Source: Eledone cirrhosa (lineage: Eukaryota). Taken from it: a DNA stretch of 64,000 bases. The stretch covers positions 37,262,001 through 37,326,000 of the forward strand of contig OZ024744.1 in NCBI GenBank assembly GCA_964016885.1, in the 5' to 3' direction. Below are positions 51,039 through 63,663 of the stretch, piece after piece; within the stretch, counting starts at the first letter, position 1; each line of letters begins with the position of its first letter. Below the pieces are notes generated by a model. The model saw nothing but the letters and a program-made list of their open reading frames with translations, searched no databases and had not been told where the DNA came from. A program made the position numbers and the translations under genes.

Positions 51039-51378
51039 CAGAACAATTCTCCCCGCCCCATTTCTCTTGACCATTATCTTTTCTTTGACACAAAATTCTC
51101 TAAAAAGCTACAAAATAAATTCCAAAATACGGGCGCGAAATTTTATGTACTTGTCAACGTGACAATCATAATTTCATTTATAACCAATCAAATTACCTTT
51201 CAGCACATCAGTCATACTCAGAACAACTCTCTCCATCCCTTTTTCTTGACCATTATCTTTTGTTTGGCACAAAATTCTCTAAATCGCTATAAAAAAAATT
51301 CCAGAATACGGGCGCGTTATTTTATGTACTTGTTCACGTGACAGTCATAATTTCATTTATAACCAATAAAATTACATT
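51039..51378. repeat. About 181-bp tandem duplication with degenerate further subunits to about 51620
   Basis: cagaacaa..tcttgaccattatctttt..cacaaaattctctaaa..aatacgggcgcg..ttttatgtacttgt..cgtgaca.tcataatttcatttataaccaat occurs twice. Confidence 0.85.
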
Positions 51379-51829
51379 TTAAAAAAAAAGGCCTTCGCGA
51401 GCCACCTTTTTAAGTAAAATGAAATTCAAACACAAACTGATGCGAAAGCTGATGTGCTTATTCACGTGACTGCATCAACCAACCAAACTTCACTAATATA
51501 TGAAAAAACAACCTGAGAACCCCCACCGCCGCCTGTTTGAAGACAAATATAATAATAACTTTGTAACGCGAATTGGCGCGAAATTTATTATACTTATTCA
51601 CCAATCAACCAACCAAATTACTTCTCTAAAAACCTGGCATTTCGAGCCACTTTGTTCCATATAAAACAGAAGTAACATTCAAAGACCAACCAGATGTGAG
51701 AAAACCACAAACCCTCCATCATAATACTACTTTTGAGAGCCAGAAGAACTGCGAAACCGGTAAAGGAACCAAATAAATATATATTAAAAAAAAAAAGACT
51801 CCAGTTGCATTTTCGATTTCATCTGTTTT

Positions 51830-51864
<35 letters not shown>

Positions 51865-52103
51865 TAAATATTTATATAAAAATTTACCCGGACCCCTGGA
51901 AATGACGGTATAATCCAGTACAGGGTTTCTGTGACACCTAAATCAATAATACTGTCTGCTTAACGAAATAAGCCTCTGGTATAATGATCGAACAAGGATA
52001 TCACTTTCTCAACAGGTATTTTGTTCTGTGCCAGCATTTTGAATCTCACAGTGTTTTGAAAGCACATGTGTAACTCTACAGGGGAGAAAACCCCATATAT
52101 ATA

Positions 52104-52190
<87 letters not shown>

Positions 52191-52246
52191 ATATATATAC
52201 ATGCAGATATATATATATGCATGTATATATATATATATACACACAC

Positions 52247-52362
<116 letters not shown>

Positions 52363-52539
52363 CTGTGTATATATGTATATGTATATATATCGAAACTGTC
52401 ACGCACATTATGAGTGCCGGCACAATGCTCACATAAAAGGATTACAAAAGGTGTCCATGATAAAGTGTACAAACTCGTTCACTGGTGCTTCAGTAAATAT
52501 GGCTTTGAAACTGTTCAAAAATGGTAGCAGCATAAACTA

Positions 52540-52705
52540 GGAAAAGTGACTGAAAGTGAAAATGAAAATGCCAAGATCTTGTGGGACTTTATTGAGAATT
52601 ATTCAGCAGAGAAAACCTGACATCATTGTTGTTCATCAGAAGGAGAACAAGTGTTGGATAATTGATGTGACAGTGCCAAGGGATCATTTTACCATTTGGA
52701 AAGTA
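52540..52705 (+). mobile_element. R4-clade RLE fragment followed by (GTT)n tract (52717-52945)
   Basis: ENENAKILWDF and RKPDIIVVHQKENKCWIIDVTVPRD. Confidence 0.7.
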
Positions 52706-52716
52706 AACTATAACAT

Positions 52717-52755
<39 letters not shown>

Positions 52756-53077
52756 TCTGCTGCTGATGTCGTTTTTGTTGTTGTTGTCTTTATTTTTGTC
52801 GTTGTTGTTGCCGTTCTTCTTGCTCTTGTTGTTGTTGTTGCTGTTGTTGTTTTTGTTGTTGTTGTTTCTGCTGCTGTTGTTGTTTTTGTCGCTGTTGTTA
52901 TTGTTGTTGTTGTCGTTGCTGCTGTTATTTTTGTTACTGTTGTTTTGACAGAACTACATTAGAATCGCCAACATATATATATATATTCAAGGCCGCCGTC
53001 CTGACTAAATGTGTGGCCGTCTTCTTGTGTCTCTGCCTTTTCAGCCGCATGGATTATATTCCTTTGTTAAATTTCGA

Positions 53078-53135
53078 ATACCTGATGATGTCACCGGATT
53101 AATACTTAACCCGGTCATTGAAATATTCATAGTAT
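53078..53135 (+). ncRNA. Hammerhead motif followed by AATAAA in a PLE pLTR-like fragment (about 52985-53325)
   Basis: ATAC-CTGATGA-tgtc-ACCGG..CCGGT-catt-GAAA-TATTCA-T-A-GTAT-AATAAA. Confidence 0.65.
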
Positions 53136-53325
53136 AATAAACCTTTAAGGAGTTACACCAGTCCAGCCCCCTGTTATTTTATAATAATTAACTCCGTACT
53201 CACACCACCAACAAAACAATGACGGTTTAATTGCATTACGTCGAGTGCTCTCCATAATATTACATCGAGGTTGACCATAGGAAATGACCAGTTCTAACCA
53301 GTGGTGAACCAACAAACCTAAATGA

Positions 53326-53371
<46 letters not shown>

Positions 53372-53445
53372 CGAAGGAAATGTGGTAAGGAACCAGGTGG
53401 ACCATAACGCACCAAAGTACTCAATACTTAGGGTAGTAGAGTGGG

Positions 53446-53507
<62 letters not shown>

Positions 53508-53519
53508 AATTATCATATA

Positions 53520-54040
53520 TAGTTGCGTTGGTATGGACATGTGATGCATATGAAGAACGACAGCTGTATAAAAAAGTGCAGGGTAATGAAAATTGATGGA
53601 AGCTACGGAGTGGATAGACCAAGAACACCCTGGGACGAGGTGATAAAAAGTTACTTTACTCACTTACACCTCTCTAAGGCAATGACCCTGGATCCAGACC
53701 TTTGCCACCACGCAGTTGTACAGAATACTCAACGACCATTGCATACAAACCTACAGTCAGTAGGCACCTCTTAACCCAATGAACCCCAACCTCCCACCCA
53801 CCCTCTCTCGTCCCGTCCACTCTGTCGATGACACAACATTCCACACTGTAATGTGGTCGTGTAGGAGACACTGTAAAAAGGCTCTCACTCCACACTGTAA
53901 AGGTGGTTGGTGTTAGGAAGGGCATCGGTTGTAAAAAAACATGCCAGAGACACTTCGGTACGAGCGTTCCCGCATCAAATGGAACAAAACCATCTAACCC
54001 ATGCTAGCGTGGAAGATGGACGCTAAACGATGATGATGGT
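53520..54040 (+). mobile_element. RTE-clade LINE 3' end with (GAT)n tail
   Basis: LRWYGHVMHMKNDSCIKKC..G..RPRTPWDEV is the RTE post-RT C-terminus; ends cccatgctagcgtggaagatggacgctaaacgatgatgatg. Confidence 0.8.
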
Positions 54041-54283
54041 GATATATATATATAATCAATTATCATATTATACGATCAAATTACATAGACAATATATACT
54101 CATCATATATGTATAACCGTCGTCACATTTACTGTCCCACTGAATCACCACAGCTTTTCCTGTTATCTCTTAATTTTGTAATGTATGATTTTATTTTTAA
54201 TTTACTATATTTACTATAATTCTATTTCTTTACGTTATGGCGTAATTTTTTTTTTATGTACTATCTACATTATCTATTTTCGA

Positions 54284-54476
54284 GACGGTGGATTGGCAGT
54301 ATCGGTAGAGGGTCGGACGCCATGCTTTGAAGCATAGAGTTACGGCCCTTTATGATCTGAGTTCAAATCCCGCCGAGGTTAACTTTCCCTTTCATCCTTG
54401 CGGGGTCGATAAAATAAAGTACCAGTAATACACTGGGATAATTGCTGGCCGTGTGCCTAAAGTAGAAACAATTATT
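54284..54476 (+). mobile_element. Nin/Deu-domain SINE, full length
   Basis: A-box-like tggcagtatcggtag, B box gagttcaaatccc, Nin domain, tail ggccgtgtgcctaaagtagaaacaattatt. Confidence 0.9.
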
Positions 54477-54740
54477 TACAGCAAATAAAATAATAAATAG
54501 ACAGAGAAAGCAAATAAGAAAAAAACAAAAAACAGATAAGGATAGATAGATAGATGGATAGAAAGAAAGGAGAAAGAAAACACAGAAAGAAAGATGAGTA
54601 TTGACGTACATGTACGTCAATACTCATTTTTTTCCATTTCTCCGAGGGTTCTTAACCCCACTATCAGGCTAAATAATTTTCTTTAATTTCTTTAGTCAAA
54701 ATACGGCGATAGCTTACATTTATAATATATCAAAGGCATC

Positions 54741-55050
54741 TATTGAGTTAGAAACTCAAAATAGTCTCATTACAGTAAATTAGTTCTAGGAAAGAGATGT
54801 TTCCGAGCCGTATAGTATAACTGAACAAAAACGAAAAACGAACACAGACATATACATATATGTGTTCAAATCGTAATGGACCAGATTCGCTAAGGTGAAA
54901 AGAATACTAACTACAGACAATAGGGTCTAGCAAACCCTATTGTCCATAGTTAGTATTCTTTTCACCTCACCGAATCTGGTCCATTACGATTTGAACACAT
55001 ATATGTATATGTCTGTGTTCGTTTTTCGTTTTTGTTCAGTTATACTATAC
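54741..55050. mobile_element. Fold-back element (hairpin 54810-55050), same family as 7990-8490, opposite orientation
   Basis: About 118-bp arms with a very short loop near 54928. Confidence 0.85.
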
Positions 55051-55395
55051 ATATATATATATATACACATATGTGTTTATAAATGTGAAATGTATGCATG
55101 CTATTTTTGCGGCGTGGTAAATCAATAAATAGGTGAACACATCTTTAAATTAGCATATTTAAATACAAGATGGTGGCAAGAAAGGAGGAGGAGGAGTGAC
55201 ATCAACAAATTGACAGCTTTCTATATCTTTTCCTCTTTTTTTTATTATTTGGTTTATCTAACGTTCCCTTGATTCGTTCATTCCTTTATGCTTTCGTTTG
55301 TTCTTTCATTCGGTCGTTTTATTTTCTATGACCGCCTCCCTCTCTTTTTCTCCCCCCCCCCCCTCTCTATATATATATAGATATATATATCTATA

Positions 55396-55557
55396 CAGGT
55401 AAAATACCGTTATAACGAATAACATTAAAACAAATTTTTCACTATAACGAAATTTATTTTCAATCCCCGGCCACACGCTCGATGTCGTTATCAAGAATTT
55501 TTTGTGACAACAATTTCTTTTATATCCTGTGTATTTCGTTATAACGGAATTTCACTG
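55396..55557. mobile_element. pogo/Tigger-like MITE
   Basis: ta-caggtaaaataccgttataacgaa / ttcgttataacggaatttcactg termini; internal tataacgaa repeats. Confidence 0.65.
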
Positions 55558-55585
55558 TTTATATATATTATATATATAAATTATA

Positions 55586-55655
<70 letters not shown>

Positions 55656-55697
55656 ATAATAATAAATTTGAAGACTAAAATCCAAAGAGGACTCGAT

Positions 55698-55750
55698 AAG
55701 TTTCAGAAGATCCCGTTAAGGGTGAAAGCAGTGATTCTTTGCTTAAACTT
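55698..55750 (+). ncRNA. Variant hammerhead-like motif (CAGAAGA core)
   Basis: AAGTTT-CAGAAGA-T-CCC-gttaa-GGG-T-GAAA-GCA..TGC-T-T-AAACTT; the host repeat 55651-55775 recurs at 56382-56570. Confidence 0.6.
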
Positions 55751-55781
55751 TAATCTGTTATTTTAATAAATATATATAAAT

Positions 55782-55902
<121 letters not shown>

Positions 55903-56311
55903 CAAACATGCATACATACATATTCGTATACTAGTATGACTGAGTGACTCTGTGTGTGTGTTCCTCAGTGTGTGTGTGTGTGCTAGTATGATTAAGTATG
56001 TACGTGTATATACACTTTATTATCGTCTTTCAGTCTGTCGTAATTCATAATTCATTTACTAATTCATTATTTCATTAATTTATTCACTAATCTATCTTCC
56101 ATCAATTTTATTTTTTTTCTTTGATTTCTCTCTTTCGCTGTCCAATTAATTTTTTTTTTGTTTTTTTTTGTTTTGTTTTCTTTGTTTTGCAATATTATTA
56201 TTCATTAATTTTCTATAAGTGTGATATTATCGCAAATTTTCAGCTTTAGAACGAGGCCAACACATTACATTGGTTTCATTTGTCTATCTACATTCTACAT
56301 TGAAATCTCAT

Positions 56312-56384
<73 letters not shown>

Positions 56385-56470
56385 GTAATAATAATAAATT
56401 TGAAGACTAAAATCCAAAGAGGGCTCGATAAGGATAAATATATATCAAATATATAAGAACCGTAGAGCAA

Positions 56471-56561
56471 ATATTTATTAAAATAACAGATTAGAGTTTC
56501 AGAAGATCCCGTTAAGGGTGAAAGCAGCGATTCTTTGCTTAAACTTTAATCTGTTATTTTA

Positions 56562-56569
<8 letters not shown>
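56471..56569 (+). ncRNA. Variant hammerhead-like motif with 29-bp stem I
   Basis: 56471-56499 pairs with 56541-56569 (one G-U); core CAGAAGA 56500-56506; GAAA 56520-56523. Confidence 0.62.
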
Positions 56570-56613
<44 letters not shown>

Positions 56614-56619
56614 CTCACC

Positions 56620-56659
<40 letters not shown>

Positions 56660-56665
<6 letters not shown>

Positions 56666-57446
56666 GGTGAGTAATATTGTAGAACAATAAAACTATGCAT
56701 ATATCAGATAAGTACCACTCGACAGTTGGTAGAATTGGAGTATATATAATAAAGATGAAATAAAACATGGTTAGACAATAATAAATAGAAGAACCGATTT
56801 ATTTGGACTTTGTAATCATAAATCCTACAATACCTGTGACAAAGTAATAGCTGATGTCCTATAACATATTCCACGAGTCACTGTTACCTTTACACATCTT
56901 TCATTATATTCTACAATGTATTATTTTGGTTTTCTCATTATATATTAAACCTTTGATCTTCTTTTCTATAGCCTTAGATTTTCGATCAAACCTTCGTAGA
57001 TTTTGTAAACAAATGATGACGTCACATTATAATTAAATTTTCTCTACGTTTTTTCTACGTGTATAAATCCTTCTAGCAATTTTCTTTATTTACTTGTTGA
57101 TATAAAATGAAAATTAAATAGTATACGCCACATATATTTTTACTAGAAATGATTAATTTTGACATAGACTATTTTTATTTTATTTTATAAAAATCTTTTT
57201 ATATTTATTTTAGTAATACATTTTTACACTTCTTAATCCAATGTTTAGTATTTAAACCCAATATAAAATAATATACCCAGTTTCTATATTTAGACCTCTA
57301 ATATTTGAATACCATCTATAATATTCGGACATACACCTCATCAATTTACTTTTTAACCGTTATTTACAGCTGTTTTCATTTTGACAGCGTTCCTGATCAA
57401 AAGTCTCTCTCTCTCTCTCTCTCGCTCTCGCTCTCTCTCTCTCTCT

Positions 57447-57498
<52 letters not shown>

Positions 57499-57832
57499 CT
57501 CTTTCTCTCTCTTTCTCTCTCTCTCTCTCTCTACTCCCTTCTTTTTTCTATTTTTTCTTTCTTCTCTTCTTTTTTCCTTTTTCTCTTCTACCTTCCTTTT
57601 CCTCTATTTTCCTATCTATTTCTTACTATAGGATTAACACTTATATTTCTGTCATATGTAGACTTAGCACTTTCCTATAAACAAGTGCTATTATGCCAGA
57701 TATCATTGTACCTTATTTTATCTGAGGAGAACACAATTTTTGTCCCTGGATGATTTTGTATTCGAAATACGTATAATAAAATATATGGAACTCTTATAAC
57801 CATATTTTATTTCATCTTTATTATATATATTA
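56660..57832 (+). mobile_element. PLE-like remnant with short inverted terminal copy and hammerhead
   Basis: 56741-56773 pairs with 57797-57829; hammerhead plus AATAAA near the right end; internal (CT)n 57404-57530. Confidence 0.6.
57714..57783 (+). ncRNA. Type I hammerhead ribozyme motif with canonical core
   Basis: TATTTTAT-CTGAGGA-GAAcACAA..TTGTaTTC-GAAA-TACGTA-T-A-ATAAAATA; G10.1-C11.1 present; helix III ATACGTAT palindromic. Confidence 0.82.
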
Positions 57833-58026
57833 TATATATTATATAAATAAATAAATATATATATATGTACATATATATTTACGTATAGCACGGAGTTATG
57901 TGCATAAACACACATGTATTATGACAGTATTGTGTTAGCTCAATGTGTTAGCTCAATGTACAAGAACAGAGCCGTTATATGAGAAAGAAACCAAAGAACG
58001 CTTACATACTCAAACAGTTTTTATTT

Positions 58027-58071
58027 GCTTACAATGTTTCATCCATACCGTTTGGTAGAGATCCTCAGAGC
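58027..58071 (-). ncRNA. Minimal hammerhead motif directly followed by AATAAA
   Basis: GCT-CTGAGGA-TCTcTACC-aaac-GGTAtGGA-T-GAAA-CATTG-T-A-AGC-aAATAAA (GUA triplet). Confidence 0.72.
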
Positions 58072-59599
58072 TTAACTAATACAGTGCTGAGTATAAGCTC
58101 CACAAAGCCTAGTCACACGAACAATCGGATGGTAAAGATAGGGAGATCGGAGATGGCAAACAAGGAGAGGGTACATGTTGGGGTTGTTAAGCATCACAGC
58201 TAAATGCCAGGGCACAAGTAGATTTCACAAGATGCAGATACAATTGATGGCTCACAAAAGCAAAAAATACAGGCAATGGTTAAAACATAATAAAAAATAA
58301 AATAATAAAAAAAAATAAAAAAAAAAAACGGAAGATAATATAAAGAGATAAAAAGTAAAAAGGTAAAAAAAAAAATAAAAAATAAATAAAAATAAAAAAC
58401 AAAGAAGAAAAATGTTTTAAGCACATAAAGAAGCCAGAGGAATTTAAGCGCTGGTCCCCAATAAAACGAGTGAATTGGATCTCCGTAACTTATAGTTATA
58501 TAAGCATTAGGAGGTCCTTGCGGTACATCCAGAAAGACCACAGTAATCAGAATCCCCGCCATGTTATACATATACAAGGTATACTGGTAGGTACCCGAAT
58601 TACGTAGCCCATGGGTGCTCCACAAGCATATAGGTAGGTATTACATAAGTGCAAGCCATACACAAGCAAATTAGGGTTATTACAGGATAGAGCTGAGTAT
58701 AACAAGTATATAGGCAGGCACCACATATAAAGCAAACTATGCCCAAACAAATCTGGGTTATTGTAAGATAGAGCTGAAGCAATCTTATTTTAGTTACTGT
58801 AAAACCAACTGGCAAATTATTACACATGTATATTAACCGTATAGGCTAGACCAATCGGTTACATATTTCCCGAATATCTAGGGGTTAAATAGAAATAGGG
58901 TTGTCAGTAGAAAACTAATCCGTCTAAATAACACAACATATGTAGATCGTTCAAAAGTACAAAATAGTTGGATATAAATTATCACTCAAACATAACATCA
59001 CATCCAGTCACATGAATTACATGCTGGATTTATACATCAAAAAACCCCTCTATGTATAAGATCCGAAGCCGTATATTATAATGAGTTCAAGAATCAGTTC
59101 CAGATTCAAAGTCTCCACACACAATCCAGTCACGAACTCGTCAAAAACAATGCCTGGTAACAGCGGCAGCGATCCACGTGGGTAAACAATCTATACAAAA
59201 CAGAAAAGAAAATAACACGAAGTGCCCAAATCATTAAATCCACCAGTTACGCTAACATGCCTGCTAGGTGGAGTCAAACCCCAACATATATAGAGAGATT
59301 ATAAAAGACAGCCTACATACCACGTAAATTTATAAATCTGGCTCAAGATAACATGTTACTTTGTTTATCGCCGCTAAGTGTATAGAAATGCACATCAGTT
59401 GATGACGTTTTTAGTCAGATAATGACGTGGCGTAAAGGTGGTAAATAAAGGGGGATTACTCTAATGTGTCATCTATAAGGTTATTTAATTCGGACTGCAA
59501 ACAAAATAAAAATAAATAGAAAAAATAATATTTAATCACCAACAGACCTCATACTAATTCGACAGATTCGTGCTAAACAAACTATATTGTTATTAAGTA

Positions 59600-59979
59600 T
59601 TAATGGACCTGCAGCTTTGTCAAGTGTATTACACTAAAGATCATTAAAACTCGGTTACTATATGAAAAGTCGAAAAGGCCGATTACTAAAACTAAAATGG
59701 GGGAGTGTTCAACAGGAGTAAAGACCCAAAATCCCACATAAAAGGAACTCACAAATTCCCAATGTGCCAACACGGTGTTCTCAATCCCGGTATGACCTGT
59801 ATGTATTACCAAGGGTGGGGAGTGGGAAGGGTACGCAAGTTCCGCATTAGGGAGGGTCCAACTATTAACTATATACGCCCCAATAGGTCTGTGGGACTAA
59901 GTCCATTGGGGCGAGTGTTGGAATTACGCTCATCGTAATAGTAATAAGTTGTTATATAAGATCCAAAATCATTCGCCAT
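59600..59979 (-). pseudogene. Disrupted small ORF of unknown function (repeat unit 1, about 125 codons)
   Basis: MANDFGSY..GPSLMRNLRTLPTPHP/..NTVLAHWE..PVEHSPILVLVIG..SNRVLMIFSVIHLTKLQVH*; one stop, one frameshift; codon-level similarity to unit 2. Confidence 0.6.
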
Positions 59980-60066
59980 AAATATTAAGGACGTAACGCC
60001 AACCATCCACAATCATAGTGATACTATACTAATTGTACAAATAAAAATAAAAATAAAATGATAAAG

Positions 60067-60370
60067 TTAATAATTATAATAATAGACCTCCAGGATTATC
60101 AGGTGTGTTGTACGATAGACCATTACAATCCGGTTACCAAGTGATATTTTAATAGACCCTATTGTTTCACTAATTCTAATATGGGGGAGTGTTCTAATGG
60201 GTTCGGTTCAATCAGAGAGTATAATATATAGGTTCCATAGTAGGTAGAGTTATAATAATCCCAATGTGCAAGTATTGTGTCCACATTACCAGGGTGGGGA
60301 GTGTGCAGTGCACGCATGTTCCGAAGCATGAATGGTCCAGCAGAGATGCCCAAAATGGTTATTTGGACTA
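60067..60370 (-). pseudogene. Disrupted small ORF of unknown function (repeat unit 2, 5' end lost to (TA)n)
   Basis: [59 protein letters not shown]. Confidence 0.6.
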
Positions 60371-60402
60371 TATATATGCATATATATATATATATATATA
60401 TA

Positions 60403-60476
<74 letters not shown>

Positions 60477-61069
60477 TGTATATATGTATATATATATATA
60501 TATGAAAAAGATGACCCCGACGGCAGAGCTCAAGCCGTTTCATCAACTAGGGGGCTAAAAGTGGAGACGGAGACCTTGTGTTTTTTAGCAAATGAAAAGA
60601 ACACTTTGGGGTTGAGTTTGATTTACTCAATGGCCCACCTTTCTTCAGCTATTCTCTGGTTATTGATGATGGTTACCATGCATTGCTGCAGGTTATATTT
60701 TTTTGACTCAAGCAGGGTGATAGCCGTCGAATGTGTGTGTTGCTGTTGGCAGTATTTTAGTGTGTTAATTTTTTTATTTGTTCTTTTTATTTTTTTTTAT
60801 AATTGTTTTTCTGTGTTGGGGGATACTGCACTTAGTTTTGTTCACAGGTTTTGGTGGGGGTGTGTTTTGTACATATATTTGTCACAGTGTCTACAAAGAT
60901 CTGCCAATATGTTTTGATGTTGGTGAAGTGTGTGCGTGTGTAAAAGACCTGTCAACATGTGGTAGTTCGTTCATAATTGCATCCCAGGTGGCATTGTAGA
61001 GATCCATGTTATCAAATGGGTGGGCTGGAAAGAGGTCCCTAGGATTAGCTTTCGGCTGGTAGAATCTCA

Positions 61070-61750
61070 GGTTACAAAGAACCATGTCATGGTCTGAGAA
61101 CATGTTTTTTTACACTGTAATATTATGTAGTGTTAGTGTGGTTACTAAACACTACATCCAGAATGTTCTTCTGATGCCTTGTTGGTGCAAGGACAAGTTG
61201 GGACAAGACAAACTCATTCATGAAGTCAAGAAGTGACTCGACAGCCTCTTTGTCAGTGGTTGAGGCTGAGGAACCTGGTTTCAAACTACATGTAGACCAA
61301 TGGACACAGGGTAGATTAAAGTCTCCCATCAAAAGTATGTTGCTAGAATGGCACTGTTTAATAAAGCATTTAATACTGTTGAGGCATTCTTTGAAACAGA
61401 TGATGGGTGGTTGTGGGGGCCTATAGAGCCCAACTAATGTCAGGTCATTGGCTTTATTGTGCACAGTGACTGATACACAGTATCCATTAGAGAATGTTGT
61501 GTTGCCATCTGCCGTAAAGGAATCATGCAGGAAAATGGCAGTTCCACCCTTCCTTCTGCCAACACGATTCGCACGGATGGTTGTGAAATTTCTCACTCTT
61601 ACTTCGGTCTCCAAGTGGGATTGTCAAGGTGGGTCTCAGTAAGAATGAAGGGGATGTGAAATGGATGGTTACCAACCCAATCCTCAATGAATTGGATCTT
61701 CCATTTCTGTGGATTGGTGGATGGGCTGATACCTTGTGTATTGAGTGAGA
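61070..61750 (-). pseudogene. APE endonuclease domain, frameshifted
   Basis: LNTQGI, LTETHL, R..RKGGTAIF, GLYRPP, LMGDFNLP, PTR..NILDVVF, FSDHDMV. Confidence 0.88.
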
Positions 61751-61813
61751 ATGTGGAGGCTAGTGTGGTGGCTGGTTTTGACTGTTGCAGGGGGCTTGTT
61801 TTGTGATTGTGTG

Positions 61814-62683
61814 TTAGTGACAGCAAGGATGGTGTTGGGTGATGGCTAAAATGTTTTTCTCTATCTCTTTTGCCAAGTTCATGGCTAAAAAAGAAAGATT
61901 TATTTTTTGTTCAGGGAGCAGTTTTTGATTGGATGTGTGGTTACAACATTGGATAGGGTTGCAGTTCCCTCTTTTGTTTTTGTTTTTGTATTTGTTGTAA
62001 TTGTGTCTTTGTGAAAAGACTGGAGCAGCGTTATTTTTGTTGATATTGTATTTGTTGTTGTAATCGTGTCTTTGTGGGGAGATTGGAGCAGCATTACCGC
62101 AGCAGGGGGCGGCTTTATCCTGGTTTGTGGGTTGGCATGAAGCCCCTTTTCTGTTCGTGCGTTGTGTCCCAGAAAGATGAGTGAAGGGACAGTCAGTCAG
62201 CAGACATAGCTTCTCACGTTGGGAATGTTGGCAGATTTTGGGACTGCGACCTATACGTGCGGGCCTGGCAGTGTTAGTGCGCCTAGTACCCGGTAAATGG
62301 GTAAATATACAGTCGCTACGTGTGCATAGCCTCTGACGTAGTGAGTAGCGGCATATTTGGAGTTTCAAGTATGTGAAGTGGGGTGGGGTGCATCCAGCTC
62401 CATAAATTTAAAAAAAAAAGTTATTTTGACTATGGCATGGCCGTGGTGGTGATGTGGGGGAAGGAAGCATTAGTGGTGATGATGATGATAACTGTGGTGG
62501 GAGAGAGAGCAGTGGTCCATTACTAGCAGTTGATGCGGCAGAAGATGGTGACGGTGGTGATGGTGATGGTGATGGCGATGGCAGAGTGAGTGGGTGAGTG
62601 ATACTGTCATTCTGTAATAAAGCTATTATGCTTGAATTCAGTGGTTGCTCCTGGTTTTCTGGCTGTTGTTGTTGTTGTGGCAG

Positions 62684-62753
<70 letters not shown>

Positions 62754-63097
62754 GGCTGTTGTTGTTGCTGTGGCTGTTGTTGTGGCTGTTGTTTTTGTTG
62801 TGGCTGTTGTTTTTGTTGTGGCTGTTGTTGTGTTTGTCCAATGGAGTAAATATTTCGAAGTTTTTCAAAATGGTTTTGAATTAGTTTGAAAGAGACTTCT
62901 ACGTGTTTTAGTTTGTTGAGTACCTGCTTAGCAGACCTCGTGGTAAATGTTTGAGCTGTTTTTTCAGCAATTTCATTCAGACATGACGCGTTAATGTTTA
63001 TTGTTTGTGACAGAGAAAACCATGTGTTTATTTCATTTAGGTCAATTTCATTTTCAGACCAATTTCGTCCGTTGTGGGCTTGTTGGTTAGTAGTCAT
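61814..63097 (-). pseudogene. LINE ORF1 with polyQ, P/S-rich tract and tandem CCCH zinc fingers (frameshift at the T-run near 62410)
   Basis: CRYSLRQRLCTRSDCIFTH and CQHSQREKLCLLTDCPFTH (C-x8-C-x4-C-x3-H); ATG at 63097; directly upstream of APE. Confidence 0.72.
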
Positions 63098-63373
63098 GTT
63101 TTTTTCTTTTTTTTTTTACCCTTGTGTGTGTTTTAAGATATTTGACATTTGATACGTGAGTGAGACTTTGGTTATTTGAAGAAATTAAAGAATCGTGTAT
63201 ATATATATATGTATGTAAAAGGTAAACAGAAATAACGACACAATCGGTACAGTATATATATATATTGTGTACATAGATTACATACTAAATTTAAGTGAGA
63301 AAATCTCTCCTTATGGGTGTATAAACCAGACAGATAATGTGTTAGGAGGTATTGATTTTTTTGTGATTGTGAC

Positions 63374-63663
63374 GGCACATGGCTTAGTGGTTAAAGCGTC
63401 AAGTTGTGGGATTGATTCTCGGACAGGGCTTTCACGTAACTCCACTTCACTCGGCTGTAGAAATGAGTTGCGACGTCACTTGTGCCAAGTTGTATCGGTT
63501 TTTGTCTTTTCCCTTGGACAACATCAGGGATGTGGAGAAGGGAGGCAGTCACGCACGGGCGACTGCTGGTCATCCACAAACAACCTTGACCAGCCATTCC
63601 TCGGAGAAAAACATTCTAGGTTCAAATCCCATGGTCATACGTGACCGAAAGAGGTCTTTACCA
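63374..63663 (+). mobile_element. CORE-like tRNA SINE, internally deleted
   Basis: A-box-like tggcttagtggttaaagc; gtagaaatgagttgcgacgtcac and cgtgaccg..ggtctttacc shared with 45890-46208. Confidence 0.78.

Larger units (their letters stand above)
60541..63170 (-). mobile_element. CR1/Jockey-group LINE 5' half (ORF1 + APE; RT absent)
   Basis: APE motifs at 61070-61745; post-endonuclease linker IKLNPKVFFSFAKK near 60580-60625; cut off at a PLE fragment. Confidence 0.8.

Noticed and set aside
53078-53135. SECIS or C/D-box snoRNA
   Set aside because: Fits hammerhead topology plus AATAAA better; no selenoprotein ORF or terminal D box seen
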